A stretch of 64,000 bases of DNA from Bacilli bacterium (lineage in GTDB: Bacteria; Bacillota_I; Bacilli_A; RFN20; CAG-826): positions 65,337 to 129,336 of the forward strand of contig JAKSUZ010000002.1 of assembly GCA_024408505.1 (NCBI GenBank). Reading direction: 5' to 3'. The position numbers and the translations under genes were made by a program. Below are positions 34,647 through 45,924 of the stretch, piece by piece (the first letter of the stretch is position 1; each line of letters opens with the position of its first letter). Below the pieces are notes generated by a model. That model saw only the letters and a program-made list of their open reading frames with translations, had not been told where the DNA came from and ran no database searches.

Positions 34647-37600
34647 TTAATAAGAAAAATCAAACAAAGATACTTGATCAGACTCTTTCATATCTTTAAA
34701 TGTATTCATGCTTTGAAGCTTTTTAAAGTGTTTCTCACTAATAGGAGCGCGATCTTTAAAGTCTTCTACACTTGTAAATGCTTTGGCTTCTCTAGCCTTA
34801 ATAATTCCTTCCGCAACGTTATCGCCTAAACCATCAAGAACAATAAACGGAGGAATTAGTGCATTATGTTCTTCATCAATGACGAAGTCTTTGGCGAGTG
34901 ATTTATTAATATCAATGTTTGCGAACTTAAATCCACGTTCACACATCTCAAGCGCCATTTCTAGAGTCGATAGTATATCAACTTCTTTATTAGATAACTT
35001 CTCTTTGCTTTCTTTCTTTTCATTTAAATATTTAATTCGATTCTTAATCGCTTCCATTCCCATTACCATCGTATCAATATCGTATTGATCGCTTCTAGTT
35101 GAGAAATAAACTGCATAGAACGCGAGTGGATAATAAACTTTAAAGTATCCAACACGGACCGCTTGAGTAACATACGCTGTAGCGTGTGCTCTTGGGAATA
35201 GATATTTAATCTTATTGCACGATTCAATATAGAATTCAGGAACTTCATGCATCTTCATTTCTTCCATATATTCTTTTTTAAGCCCACGACCTTTACGAAC
35301 ATCTTCCATGACTTTAAATGAAATATCATTCGGAACACCTTTGCTCATTAAATAAGTCATGATATCGTCACGACATCCAATAATATCCATTAATGAATGA
35401 GCGGTTCCATTTAATAATAATGATTCAGCATTATTTACCCACACATCAGTACCATGCGTAATACCAGAGACCACTAATAAATCATTAAAGGTTTTTGGTT
35501 TAGCAGTTTGTAACACGCTTTGAACAAAGTTCGTACCAAATTCAGGTAATCCTAATGTACCAGTTTTGGCTTCTAAGAAATTTTCTTTAAGTCCTAACGC
35601 AACCGGAGATGAGAATAAAGATAAAACACGTCTATCCCCTAACGGAATCTTTCTAAAATCAATTTTAGTAATCTCACCCATCATCTTTAATGCAAGTGGA
35701 TCTTTATGTCCTAATAAGTCGAGTTTAAGAACGGTATCGTGAATCGTTGAGAATTCAAAGTGAGTTGTTTCCCAGTTTGCGGTTTTATCATCAGCTGGGT
35801 GTTGAATCGGCGTAAAGTCATGCACATCAAATTCCTTTGGAATTAAGATAATGCCACCTGGATGTTGACCGGTAGTCTTTTTAACACCGACGCATTTACT
35901 CGCTAAATAGAATTGATATGCAAGTGGAACTTCATTTAATTGTTTATGTTCACTACGCATAATGTAATCTTTAACACAACCTAGTGCCATCTTATCTTTA
36001 TATGTACCAATTGTTCCGGCTCTAAAGACATGGTCGCGACCAAATCTTTCTCTTAAGTAATCGTGCGCTCGACCTTGATATACATCAGCGAAGTTTAAAT
36101 CAATATCAGGAATCTTAGTACTCTTCTCATCAAAGCCTAGGAAGGTTTCAAATGGAATGTTCTGCCCGTTCGCTTCCATCTTTTGATGACAATCAGGACA
36201 ATCTCTATCTGGTAAATCAACGCCTGAAGGATGTTCTTTAGAATCCGCCCATTCTAATCTTTTACATTTTGGGCAATAGTAATGAGGCGGCAGAGGATTA
36301 ACTTCCGTTATTCCTAATAAATACGCGACTAAAGAAGAACCAACTGAACCACGACTACCAACAAAGTAACCATCATCATTAGCTTTCTTAACAATCTCTT
36401 CGGCTAATAAGTAGTTAACAGCGTAACTAGCCTTATCACCAATAATTCTTGAGAACTCTTTTGTTAGACGCGAAGATATTTCAATTGGTAGAGGATCACC
36501 ATATAATTCTTTGGCTCTTTTCTCAGCGCGATCTCTTAAATTATCATCCGCGTTTTCAATCTTAGGTGTATATAGTCTATCTTTAACGGGATATAACTCT
36601 TCACACATATCTGCAATCTTATTTGTGTTAGTGATAACAATCTCTTTTGCTTTATCTTCGCCTAAGAATTTAAATTCATCTAACATCTCTTGAGTGGTTC
36701 TAAAATATTGATCACCACTAGGATGATAGATGTGTTTATCAACACTACCTCTTGGGTTTGTGCATAATGGGTGCGCACGATGGTTAATACCATCCGTAGC
36801 GATATAAACTTCACGGAAAATTTTATCTTCTTTATTTAAATAGTGGACATCTCCAGTTGCGCATACTGGAATATGTAATTCATCAGCTTCCGCAATGATA
36901 TCTTTTAATGTACGGATGATTTCTTCATCGCTTTTAAGTTCTGGCATTGGAGTAGCGACTCTTTTACCAGTAACGATATCCATCTTCGAATATCTACATT
37001 TATGTAGAAGCGGACGATAACAATCTAATGGTTGAATTTCAATGTAATCATAAAATTTCATCGCTTTGCTTAATACTTTTTTAGTTCTAGTATGCGCTAG
37101 TTCAAACACTTCACCATTAAGACACGCTGAACCGATAATTAAATTCTCTCTTACTTTTTCAATTTCATCTCTTGGCACTTTAGGAACTTCTGCTAAATAA
37201 GTAAGATGTGACATGGTGATTAATCTAAATAGATCTTTTAATCCTTGTGCGTTCTTTGCGAATACTACTACATGACTAGGACGCATATGCTTAAACATAT
37301 CAATCGATGTTTCTAATTTATTTAAATCACTATGAAGCATCTTTGGTTTATCTTTTAAGAAGTTACCTAAAATAGTTGTCCACACGTCTCCTAGCACTTT
37401 CGCATCGAAGTCCGCACGGTGAGCTTTATCATCATCATAAACATCAAGTTCAAGACGTTTAGATAGGCTCGCTAGGGTATGTGATTTAGCATCCGAAAAT
37501 AAATATCTAGATAAAGATAAGGTATCTATAACTGGATTACGAATCACATCTAATCCCATTCTTTCTAATTCACCATTTAGGAATGAAATATCGAACACTG

Positions 37601-39140
37601 TATTATGCGTAACAATAATTGCATCACCAATAAATTCTTTAATCTTTGGCCATACTTCTTTAAATGTTGGCTTATCCTTTAGCATCTCGTCAGTGATATG
37701 GGTTAATGATTTAGTGCCTTCACTTAACTTAACACCTGGATTAATTAAAATATCGATATTATCAATTGGTAAGTCATCTTTAATTTTAACTGCGCCGAAT
37801 TCGATAACACGGTCATAACGAGCGGATAATCCGGTTGTTTCTAAGTCAAGACATACATAAGTTGCGTTACTTAATGGAACATCGGCTTCATTAAAAATAT
37901 AGTGAAGTTTTCGATCTACCATATATAACTCAGCGCCATAAAGCATTTTAATTCCTTCTTTTTTCGCGGCTTTTTGCGCATAGGGGAATGCTTGGACTAC
38001 ACCATGATCAGTTAGAGCTACTGCTTTATGACCAAAGTGTTTTGCTAAAGCAATATAGTCTTCTATGGTATTAACGCCATCAAGTTGTGACATATTAGTG
38101 TGTAGATGTAATTCAACACGTTTTTCTTCCGCTTTATCCGTACGCTTAAATTCGGTAGGAAGAATATCAAGTTCGTGCACCAAAATCGATAATTCGTTTG
38201 TGCGAGGATCAAGTTCAGCAGTGCCGCGGATTCTTGCATGGGTAAAAATACGTTTATCACGTTTAGCATAATTGCTTTCTAATATAGCTAGGCGTTCAAA
38301 TGGGCAGCCGCCTTTACTCTCAGGAGTTTTTTCATAAGCTCTAAAGCTAATCGCACTAATATAGTTGCCGATACCACCAACAATAAATTTTCTACCAAAT
38401 TTATTAGTGCGCATTATTGCTTCATAAACTTCACCATCAATATCAACATTAGTTTGACCTTCTTTTGGAATATCAAAGAAGTTTTTATATTCTTTATAAT
38501 TGCCGCGCTTATAAGATGAAGAATTTTTTCTTCTCTCTTTTTTCATTTGACGGAGATTTTCTTCCATCTCCGCTAAATAGATTTTTTCTGCTCTTTCAAC
38601 TTTCTTTTGGTGTTCTTCTTCTTTATCGATTTCATCAAGTTCAGCGTTCTTACTAGAAATAATAGTTTCTAAGCTTTGAGTCGCTGGCATAATTAAATCT
38701 TCAAGTGGTAAAGTTTTAACTCTTAAACCTAAAGACAAGAACTTTAATAAATCAATAAACTCATTAATGATATATTCGTTCTTTTTTCTCTCTTCAGTAT
38801 TAATAAAGGTAAAGGTTAAAACATTTTCATCTAATTTCATTTTGCCTTTAAACGGAAAATGGAAATGATCAAGATGCCAATCATTAAAAAGTGATTCTAA
38901 TTCTTCAAATGTTGAGTGACGCTTGTAAGAGAAATTTAGTTTATAAGGATACTTAATTTCTTTTAAGGCATTAATAAATTCAGTTAGTTGTTGGTAAGAG
39001 AAAGGCGTATCCTTCGCAATCATCATGACCCACATGTTTTTTGCGAAACTATCTTTATATAAAGCATCGAACTCCATATCAAAACGATTTGGATCTAATT
39101 TAATGGATTGAAGGAAGCGCGTCATCTTTTCACTTTTCAT
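34647..39140 (-). CDS. polC: DNA polymerase III alpha subunit, PolC type
   Basis: 1497 aa. PHP motif HLHTNMSQLDG. Inserted DEDD exonuclease (CLDLETTGL ... HNTVFD ... HRADFDA). Pol III alpha core. Conserved rseP-polC synteny. Confidence 0.97.
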   Translation of the reverse strand: MKSEKMTRFLQSIKLDPNRFDMEFDALYKDSFAKNMWVMMIAKDTPFSYQQLTEFINALKEIKYPYKLNFSYKRHSTFEELESLFNDWHLDHFHFPFKGKMKLDENVLTFTFINTEERKKNEYIINEFIDLLKFLSLGLRVKTLPLEDLIMPATQSLETIISSKNAELDEIDKEEEHQKKVERAEKIYLAEMEENLRQMKKERRKNSSSYKRGNYKEYKNFFDIPKEGQTNVDIDGEVYEAIMRTNKFGRKFIVGGIGNYISAISFRAYEKTPESKGGCPFERLAILESNYAKRDKRIFTHARIRGTAELDPRTNELSILVHELDILPTEFKRTDKAEEKRVELHLHTNMSQLDGVNTIEDYIALAKHFGHKAVALTDHGVVQAFPYAQKAAKKEGIKMLYGAELYMVDRKLHYIFNEADVPLSNATYVCLDLETTGLSARYDRVIEFGAVKIKDDLPIDNIDILINPGVKLSEGTKSLTHITDEMLKDKPTFKEVWPKIKEFIGDAIIVTHNTVFDISFLNGELERMGLDVIRNPVIDTLSLSRYLFSDAKSHTLASLSKRLELDVYDDDKAHRADFDAKVLGDVWTTILGNFLKDKPKMLHSDLNKLETSIDMFKHMRPSHVVVFAKNAQGLKDLFRLITMSHLTYLAEVPKVPRDEIEKVRENLIIGSACLNGEVFELAHTRTKKVLSKAMKFYDYIEIQPLDCYRPLLHKCRYSKMDIVTGKRVATPMPELKSDEEIIRTLKDIIAEADELHIPVCATGDVHYLNKEDKIFREVYIATDGINHRAHPLCTNPRGSVDKHIYHPSGDQYFRTTQEMLDEFKFLGEDKAKEIVITNTNKIADMCEELYPVKDRLYTPKIENADDNLRDRAEKRAKELYGDPLPIEISSRLTKEFSRIIGDKASYAVNYLLAEEIVKKANDDGYFVGSRGSVGSSLVAYLLGITEVNPLPPHYYCPKCKRLEWADSKEHPSGVDLPDRDCPDCHQKMEANGQNIPFETFLGFDEKSTKIPDIDLNFADVYQGRAHDYLRERFGRDHVFRAGTIGTYKDKMALGCVKDYIMRSEHKQLNEVPLAYQFYLASKCVGVKKTTGQHPGGIILIPKEFDVHDFTPIQHPADDKTANWETTHFEFSTIHDTVLKLDLLGHKDPLALKMMGEITKIDFRKIPLGDRRVLSLFSSPVALGLKENFLEAKTGTLGLPEFGTNFVQSVLQTAKPKTFNDLLVVSGITHGTDVWVNNAESLLLNGTAHSLMDIIGCRDDIMTYLMSKGVPNDISFKVMEDVRKGRGLKKEYMEEMKMHEVPEFYIESCNKIKYLFPRAHATAYVTQAVRVGYFKVYYPLAFYAVYFSTRSDQYDIDTMVMGMEAIKNRIKYLNEKKESKEKLSNKEVDILSTLEMALEMCERGFKFANIDINKSLAKDFVIDEEHNALIPPFIVLDGLGDNVAEGIIKAREAKAFTSVEDFKDRAPISEKHFKKLQSMNTFKDMKESDQVSLFDFSY

Positions 39141-39143
39141 ACT

Positions 39144-40559
39144 TTAGAAGAGCCCTATAATATCCTTTATTATAATAAAGATCATGAGCAAGAAAAGTAA
39201 CCCGAGTCCGATGACCGAAATTATTCCCTTCACCTTCGTGGGGATTTGTTTTTTAGTAATTGCTTCATAGCCAATAACTACGAGTGACCAACCATCTAAT
39301 CCAGGGAAAGGTAATAGATTAAGAATCGCTAAGTTACACGAAATCATTCCCCATAAATATAAGTATCGTTCAAAGCCAAAGTTAGCTAGGATGTTAGTAG
39401 ACATTTGGGCGATTCCAATAGGGCCGCTTACTTCTCCTTGCCCAGTGAATAACATTCCTAAGCCTCTAAAGACCGCAGTGTTCGCTCCGCACCATTCATC
39501 CCACGATGATTTAAATGTTTGCTGGAAATCATATTGAGTAAAATGACGTTTAAGATGAATACCTAAATCCGCAAAACCATTGCTCCCATTATTTTTTAAA
39601 ATAATCCGGCCAGTAGTGGATATATCATCGTGATAAATCGTCAAATCTACTTCAATATTTGGGGTGGTCTTATCAACGTTATATTGTTTAGTTAAATCCG
39701 GAACAAATTTATAATCGCGTTTATCATAATAATTAAACACTTCAGTTCGATAGCAAGCATTTTTATCATCTTTACTCATTGCTTCTACTTCTTTTTGAAC
39801 CTCTTCTTTTTCTTTACTTAAATCGTTTGCGAGAATGAAACTTACTAATCGATTATCTGAGTAACTATTAATTGTTTCATCAATAACAGTGTTTATTTCC
39901 TTTTGACCATAAGCAACTAGTGAATCAGAAACAAGTGGATCAATTTTAGTTGTTGTAACATTATTACTCATACATAAAACATAATGAGTATTGTCAATAA
40001 CGACATCGTCATCAATTAAAAATACACCAGCAAATGGATCCATCATCGCTTTTACTTGATCGCCATCAACTAAACCAATAATTTTTAACGAGTCGCTAAA
40101 ACTACACACCATCGATGTTTCATAAACGCCTTTATCATTCAAGTGCGATGGAAAATCGAATGAAATATGAGGGAAGCAACCATTATGAATAACAATCAAA
40201 ATAAAACCTAAAATGAAGTTTAGGAATACGCCTGCAGAAATAATAATGGCTCTCTTATAACGCGCGATGCCTTCTATACTTCTACTCGGAGGTACATATT
40301 CATCGGTGTCTAACTCAGCACCTTCTCCATACATCGAAACAAATCCACCTAAAGGAATAGCGCGGAGTGTCCATATCGTTTCGTGTTTCTTAGTTCTTTT
40401 GCTAGAAATGAGCTTAGGACCAAATCCGATTGAATAGTTAAAACAATAGACGTGGAACATCTTAGCCGCGCTTAAATGTCCTAATTCATGAATCCCAATT
40501 AATACGCCTAAAGCGACGATAAAGAGGATAATACCAACTAATATTTGCCACCAGGCCAT
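39144..40559 (-). CDS. rseP: RIP site-2 metalloprotease RseP
   Basis: HELGHL zinc motif in TM1 and NLLPFPGLDG near the C-terminus. Confidence 0.9.
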   Translation of the reverse strand: MAWWQILVGIILFIVALGVLIGIHELGHLSAAKMFHVYCFNYSIGFGPKLISSKRTKKHETIWTLRAIPLGGFVSMYGEGAELDTDEYVPPSRSIEGIARYKRAIIISAGVFLNFILGFILIVIHNGCFPHISFDFPSHLNDKGVYETSMVCSFSDSLKIIGLVDGDQVKAMMDPFAGVFLIDDDVVIDNTHYVLCMSNNVTTTKIDPLVSDSLVAYGQKEINTVIDETINSYSDNRLVSFILANDLSKEKEEVQKEVEAMSKDDKNACYRTEVFNYYDKRDYKFVPDLTKQYNVDKTTPNIEVDLTIYHDDISTTGRIILKNNGSNGFADLGIHLKRHFTQYDFQQTFKSSWDEWCGANTAVFRGLGMLFTGQGEVSGPIGIAQMSTNILANFGFERYLYLWGMISCNLAILNLLPFPGLDGWSLVVIGYEAITKKQIPTKVKGIISVIGLGLLFLLMIFIIIKDIIGLF

Positions 40560-41692
40560 TATCGATATTCCTCCATAATGCTATTTCTCACTTTTTGATC
40601 AACACGCGCTAACAAATCATAAGTAACCGGCGACTGATTTTTAAATTTCCTTAACGATCTACTTACAATCTTTTCAATATCTAAGAAAGAGATTTTGCCT
40701 TTTAAGAATAAAGAGACCGCAACTTCATCTGATGCATTAAGCACACAAGGCATAACTCCTTTTTCTTTAATCGCGCATAATGCGTATGTGACCATTGGAT
40801 ATCTTTTCTCATTAAATTCATGGAAATGGAAATTACCAAATTTCTCTAATGACTTAACGTGTTTAACATTAACTGTATCTTTCTTATCTTTTAAAGAATA
40901 GATAATCGGATTAATCATGCTTGGTTTACTTACTTCGCCTAAATAAGTGTTGTCTTTAAGCTTAAGAATCGAATGCACATAACTTTCATCGTGCATTAAA
41001 ACCTTAATCTTGTTAAGTGGATAATTAAATAAATAATAAGCTTCAATTACTTCAAAGCCTTTATTTAGCATCGTGGCTGAATCAATCGTAACTCGTTTAC
41101 CCATCTTCCAAGTTGGATGTTTAAGCGCTTGTTTTGAAGTGACACTTTTTAATTCATTACGCTTTAAGTTACGGAACGCTCCACCACTAGCGGTAATTAA
41201 TATTTCTTTTACATTTTCTCTTTTCGTAGCTTTAAAGCATTTATAAATGGCGGAGTGTTCACTATCGACTGGATAGATTTTGCTTTTAGAATGTTTTAAG
41301 GCTTTTTTAATTAACTCTCCACCGACCACTAAACTTTCTTTATTCGCTAAGGCGATATCAATATTATTTTTAATGCACTCTAAAGTTGGAGCGAGTCCAA
41401 CAAATCCTACTAAAGCATTTAAAACAATATCAGCTTTAACATAGTTAATTAATTGTAATAATCCTTTATTTCCAACAAAGAATTTAATTTTTGGGAATTG
41501 ATCAGAGATTTTATCATCGTAATGTTTAACACATATTGCTTTAACATTTGGATTAGCTTTAACAATCTCTTTAATTTTATTAGTATGTTCACCAACGGAA
41601 AAACCTACGAGCGTAATCTTCTCTTTTTTGAGAGTCAATAAAGTTTGCTCGCCAATGTTTCCACTAGCGCCTAATAAAATTAATTTTTTCAT
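40559..41692 (-). CDS. dxr: 1-deoxy-D-xylulose 5-phosphate reductoisomerase
   Basis: LILLGASGNIGEQTL NADPH motif; LANKESLV; DSEHSAI; synteny. The ATG at 41692 overlaps the cdsA stop (ATGA). Confidence 0.93.
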   Translation of the reverse strand: MKKLILLGASGNIGEQTLLTLKKEKITLVGFSVGEHTNKIKEIVKANPNVKAICVKHYDDKISDQFPKIKFFVGNKGLLQLINYVKADIVLNALVGFVGLAPTLECIKNNIDIALANKESLVVGGELIKKALKHSKSKIYPVDSEHSAIYKCFKATKRENVKEILITASGGAFRNLKRNELKSVTSKQALKHPTWKMGKRVTIDSATMLNKGFEVIEAYYLFNYPLNKIKVLMHDESYVHSILKLKDNTYLGEVSKPSMINPIIYSLKDKKDTVNVKHVKSLEKFGNFHFHEFNEKRYPMVTYALCAIKEKGVMPCVLNASDEVAVSLFLKGKISFLDIEKIVSRSLRKFKNQSPVTYDLLARVDQKVRNSIMEEYR

Positions 41693-42690
41693 TGAAAGAA
41701 CGACCAACCGTTTGTAATAAAGATAACTAATACGACTAACGCTAAAGCACCAAATAAAGTTGAATCGATTCTATCTAGTACTCCACCATGTGGACCTAAC
41801 ACCTTAGAATAATCCTTTTTACCAAATTGACGTTTAATCGCACTAAACGCTAAATCGCCTAAAACACCAACAAGAGGTAAAATCGCACTCACTAAAATAA
41901 TCCAATACCATTTATCAATTGTGAAAATTTCAGGTAACATTGGCATTTTGAAGTAAGCCACAAGAATACCAAAGGTAACAGATAATAAGAAAGAAAGAGT
42001 TACACCGCCGGCAAAACCTTCCCAAGTTTTCTTAGGCGAAATATTTGGAGCCATTTTGTGTTTACCAAATAACATGCCGGTTAAATACGCTCCAATATCG
42101 TTAAAGAAAATCGCAATTAATAAATAAACCATTAAGAACATAGATTGAGCGTACTTAAACTCTGGACGATTAACATCAAAACCATCAATAACAGCGAATC
42201 GTTCAAAAGGTAAATATCGTACACAAAGAGCGGCCTGGAAGCCTAACGCTAATAAAAGGGTCATTGCAATTAAATAACAAGCATCAACTAATCTAAATTC
42301 TTTGTTTTTGATAATAACGACAAATAGATATAGACCAATCATAACCGCTAAGGCAATTGGAGATAAGTTAATTTCAGTGAAGCTAGTGTTGATATCAAAT
42401 TTATCCCATCCATTAATGAAATTAGTTTTAAGCATAATCCAGAAAACTAATGCATACATAATGACAAAAGTAACCGCCCATACAAACCAAGACAGTTTTC
42501 TACTTGGCGCCGTTGCAATTTCATAAGTAGCAGCACCGATTATTAATACGATTAACATTAAATAGAACCAACCGCCTAATACTAAGCAAGGTATAAAGAC
42601 CGCTAACATGATAAACGCAAAAAGAACACGTTTCTTTAAAGTTGCTTTTGCTTCTTCGCTTACTTCGTTGGTTTTAATTAACTTATGCAT
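41689..42690 (-). CDS. cdsA: phosphatidate cytidylyltransferase
   Basis: Polytopic protein. C-terminal signature SAIKRQFGKKDYSKVLGPHGGVLDRIDS. Confidence 0.92.
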   Translation of the reverse strand: MHKLIKTNEVSEEAKATLKKRVLFAFIMLAVFIPCLVLGGWFYLMLIVLIIGAATYEIATAPSRKLSWFVWAVTFVIMYALVFWIMLKTNFINGWDKFDINTSFTEINLSPIALAVMIGLYLFVVIIKNKEFRLVDACYLIAMTLLLALGFQAALCVRYLPFERFAVIDGFDVNRPEFKYAQSMFLMVYLLIAIFFNDIGAYLTGMLFGKHKMAPNISPKKTWEGFAGGVTLSFLLSVTFGILVAYFKMPMLPEIFTIDKWYWIILVSAILPLVGVLGDLAFSAIKRQFGKKDYSKVLGPHGGVLDRIDSTLFGALALVVLVIFITNGWSFFQ

Positions 42691-43396
42691 TCTTTAAACC
42701 TCCATAGCGCCGATTACGTTGATTGAATTCTTTTACACATAAATGTAAATCATTGATTTTAAAATCCGGGAATGGTTTCTTGTAGAAAATCATTTCACTA
42801 TATGCAAGTTGATAAAGCATGAAGTTAGAAATCCGAACTTCTCCACTAGTGCGAACAAGTAAATCGATTGGACCTAAATCTTTTGCGTATAATTCATTTT
42901 CAATCATTTCTTTATTTACACTCTTAACTTTTTTCTTAATTAGTCTATTCATAGCGTAAACAATTTCATCTTGTCCACCATAGTTAAGACAAATGTTAAG
43001 ACGATTCTTCTTTTCTTTTTTACTTACAAGTAGTGCATGATCAATCGCTTTAACGCATGACTTTGGTAATTTATGATAATCACCTGAGATATATAGACGA
43101 GTGTGATCTTTTATTAATCTTTTTTCGTTTTGTTTTAAGAATTTTTCTAAATAGTTAAAAAGCATGCTAATTTCACTCTTTGGTCTTTTCCAGTTTTCGG
43201 TTGAGAAGGCAAAAAGAGAAACATTGCTAATTCCTAACTTCTCGCATTCTTCAATTAATGGCATTAAGTTTTTAATGGCAATTTGATGACCATAAGTACG
43301 TGGTTTATTACGTGCTTTTGCCCATCTACCATTACCATCCATAATGAAAGCGATGTGGTTTAAAGAATGACTTTTACCTTTTACACTATTATTCAT
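42683..43396 (-). CDS. uppS: isoprenyl transferase (undecaprenyl diphosphate synthase)
   Basis: HIAFIMDGNGRWA and RTSGE.R.SNF motifs. Confidence 0.95.
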   Translation of the reverse strand: MNNSVKGKSHSLNHIAFIMDGNGRWAKARNKPRTYGHQIAIKNLMPLIEECEKLGISNVSLFAFSTENWKRPKSEISMLFNYLEKFLKQNEKRLIKDHTRLYISGDYHKLPKSCVKAIDHALLVSKKEKKNRLNICLNYGGQDEIVYAMNRLIKKKVKSVNKEMIENELYAKDLGPIDLLVRTSGEVRISNFMLYQLAYSEMIFYKKPFPDFKINDLHLCVKEFNQRNRRYGGLKNA

Positions 43397-43471
43397 AGTG
43401 TAAATATTCTACATTAAAAAATAACGAAAAAGAAACTTTTTTGTCTATAATAATTACTAAGGAGATACTTT

Positions 43472-43723
43472 ATGGGAAAACTAGAAAGAAAAATCGAGAG
43501 AAAAATTGTTAAACACAAGGTCAAAAAGAGCGCGAAAAAAGTTAAAAAAGCCGCAGATGCTTACTTAACACCTGAAAGTCGCGAACTCATTGCGCAACAA
43601 ATCAAAGTTATCAAAAAGAGAATTAAAAATGTCGATAAAGAAAAAGTAAAGAAAGTAGTTGAGGCTGCTTTAGAACAAGCACTTGTTGAGCTTCTTAAGG
43701 AAGATAGTAAAAATAAAAAATAA
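43472..43723 (+). CDS. small Lys-rich hypothetical protein (83 aa)
   Basis: Strong AAGGAG RBS 8 nt upstream. Highly basic helical sequence. No family recognised. Confidence 0.55.
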   Translation: MGKLERKIERKIVKHKVKKSAKKVKKAADAYLTPESRELIAQQIKVIKKRIKNVDKEKVKKVVEAALEQALVELLKEDSKNKK

Positions 43724-45916
43724 TTAAATGCAAAATGCCGGAGCAACAGTAATCCCTGCCACAACTGCGGCATATGTAAATTTACTTTCGCTGTAGTCCC
43801 AAAACCAAGCACACTTGAGATCTTCAGTCGCTGGCGAACGAAGCCAATATTCCCATTCATAATCGTAATTTACTGGCTTCTTTTTGAAAATTGCTTTATC
43901 TTTCTTATAATATTCATATATATTTCCTTCACCATTCGCAACGCCTTTAGTGTGAGCAATCATCTCATCATGTGATAATAAGAATAATTTTTCTGAAAAT
44001 GGGTTTTCAGTAGAATAACTATCTCCTATGCCAACTCTTTTATTAACATATTTAATGTTTTCTTCTAAACCATCAGGGAGTAAATTAATTATGCTGTCAG
44101 CAGTATCTTTTGAATTAAGATAGGTGTTAACAAATGATTTTACATAGTTATGATTATTGGAAGTGAATGGTGCGCGCACATTTATATCCCAAGGCACTGT
44201 CGTAGGCTCTGTTTTAAATTCTTTTTCATCTATATGAGTAATCAGATTAGCAAAGTCAAAAGTGCAATGCGCCTTTCCGGTTCCGTCAGTTAAATCATCG
44301 TGATTAATACCAATTAATCTTACTTTGTGCTTTAAACTGTTTACTTCTACCTCTACTTCCTTTCCAATATCGTCTTCAGTAGCTTGAATTATCGAATCTC
44401 CATTTGAACAGTAATTCCACCAATCCTCATATTCATACCATCTTTTATTCGCATCTTCCAACTCAACGGCTACTAAAATATTTTGCGCTCTGATAGTATG
44501 CTTACTAGGAATCGTTAAAATCGCCGACTTTTTGTCAGAAGCAACAATATACTCACAATCTTCAACAATCGATTCGCCACTTGCTTCTAAAGAAGCACTT
44601 GATAATTGATTAGGAAGAAGTTTGCCCTCAGTAATAACTTTAATAGTGCCAACAAAAACATCTCCCTGTTCAAATGTATTAGGCTCAATTTCAGTATCAT
44701 TAGGCGGAGAAACATAAACATGATAAGTTGTCTGCGGATCTACTAAAGTGAGATCAAAAATAATATCGTCAGTAATAGCTTCAGCAGGAATCTCTAATGT
44801 TGCTTCTCTGCCACTCAGTTTTTTATAAGTACAAACATCTTTTAACGAGGTACTGCTATGCGCCAATTTGATTATATCTAATTCCTCAGGTAAAACCTTT
44901 GTCACACCTTTTTTAATTGTTATCGTTCCTTCGTAAGGAACACCAGTAACGAAAATAGTAGGATTAATGATAATGCTATCATTAACAGAAATTAATTCAT
45001 ATGTGGGTGGCGCAGGGGGAACATATGGCAATTCAGGTGTTATCGGTTCATATTTATAGGTTGTAACATCACTAATACCTGCCGCACCATCAGTATTTTG
45101 TTTAGCGCTAATAATCTTTTTATTTTCAAATTTTAAGGCATCATCAATTGGATGAGAAAAACTCTTAGGAGTAAACGAAGTGACATAACTACTATCATTT
45201 TTATCATAAGCAAAAGAATCATATGATAAATTAAACATTTTTAATTGCTTTGATATATTAACTTCTTCCGATTGACTAGTAATAAATTCCGAAGCATCAA
45301 CATTTCGCGTTAAAACATAAGGTTTCTCAGTATTATTGCGAGAATATTTATCATAAGTACCATCGATATTTTTAGTGACAAAAGATTCCTCATACATAGG
45401 TTGCAAAGTTCTAGTAACCGTTTTAACTTCATGATAAATAGTCGGAGAAATTTCCATATTAATCGAAGTTTTACCCATATAAGTATCTGTCAATGTATTA
45501 ACCTGAAGATACTTAATATCCGTAAACGATAATGCGCTGTCAAATTCTTCATGTGATACAACGCCTGGATCTTCAGTAGGCACATCACCGCCTTTTGAAT
45601 GTAACGCTGTATAAAAAAATAGTGAAGCAAATACGAGTAACATAATAGAAAGTATACTAATGGTACCAATGAAAGGGTGCTTTGGCCTTTTTGTTGTAGT
45701 TTCAACAATTTTCCTGCTTTCTAACTCTTTCATGAATTGCTTTTTTGCTTCACTAATATAGTCCGCATTTTTATGATTTTTTATAAAAATAAAATATTCA
45801 TGTTCTTTCCCATCATAACTAAAACTTACTTGTATTTTATTAAATCCTTTTTTATCCGATTTAACGATTTTAAACCGAGCGTTCTTAATATTATATTGCT
45901 TATTCGCGATATTCAT
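43724..45916 (-). CDS. membrane-anchored surface protein combining a B-like module, two Ig-like repeats and a C-terminal DUF6273-like (A-like) domain
   Basis: Cytoplasmic N-terminus, one TM helix (FIGTISILSIMLLVFASLFFY). Segment similar to lipoproteins B1/B2, two tandem repeats of about 90 aa, then RLIGINHDDLTDGTGKAHCTFDF ... YWLRSP ... VAPAFCI as in A1/A2. Confidence 0.7.
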   Translation of the reverse strand: MNIANKQYNIKNARFKIVKSDKKGFNKIQVSFSYDGKEHEYFIFIKNHKNADYISEAKKQFMKELESRKIVETTTKRPKHPFIGTISILSIMLLVFASLFFYTALHSKGGDVPTEDPGVVSHEEFDSALSFTDIKYLQVNTLTDTYMGKTSINMEISPTIYHEVKTVTRTLQPMYEESFVTKNIDGTYDKYSRNNTEKPYVLTRNVDASEFITSQSEEVNISKQLKMFNLSYDSFAYDKNDSSYVTSFTPKSFSHPIDDALKFENKKIISAKQNTDGAAGISDVTTYKYEPITPELPYVPPAPPTYELISVNDSIIINPTIFVTGVPYEGTITIKKGVTKVLPEELDIIKLAHSSTSLKDVCTYKKLSGREATLEIPAEAITDDIIFDLTLVDPQTTYHVYVSPPNDTEIEPNTFEQGDVFVGTIKVITEGKLLPNQLSSASLEASGESIVEDCEYIVASDKKSAILTIPSKHTIRAQNILVAVELEDANKRWYEYEDWWNYCSNGDSIIQATEDDIGKEVEVEVNSLKHKVRLIGINHDDLTDGTGKAHCTFDFANLITHIDEKEFKTEPTTVPWDINVRAPFTSNNHNYVKSFVNTYLNSKDTADSIINLLPDGLEENIKYVNKRVGIGDSYSTENPFSEKLFLLSHDEMIAHTKGVANGEGNIYEYYKKDKAIFKKKPVNYDYEWEYWLRSPATEDLKCAWFWDYSESKFTYAAVVAGITVAPAFCI

Positions 45917-45924
45917 ATAGATTC

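Noticed and set aside
43561-43860. 99-aa minus-strand ORF antisense to the 83-aa Lys-rich gene
   Set aside because: The plus-strand gene has a strong AAGGAG RBS. The minus ORF spans the stop of the 730-aa gene in another frame and has no start context.
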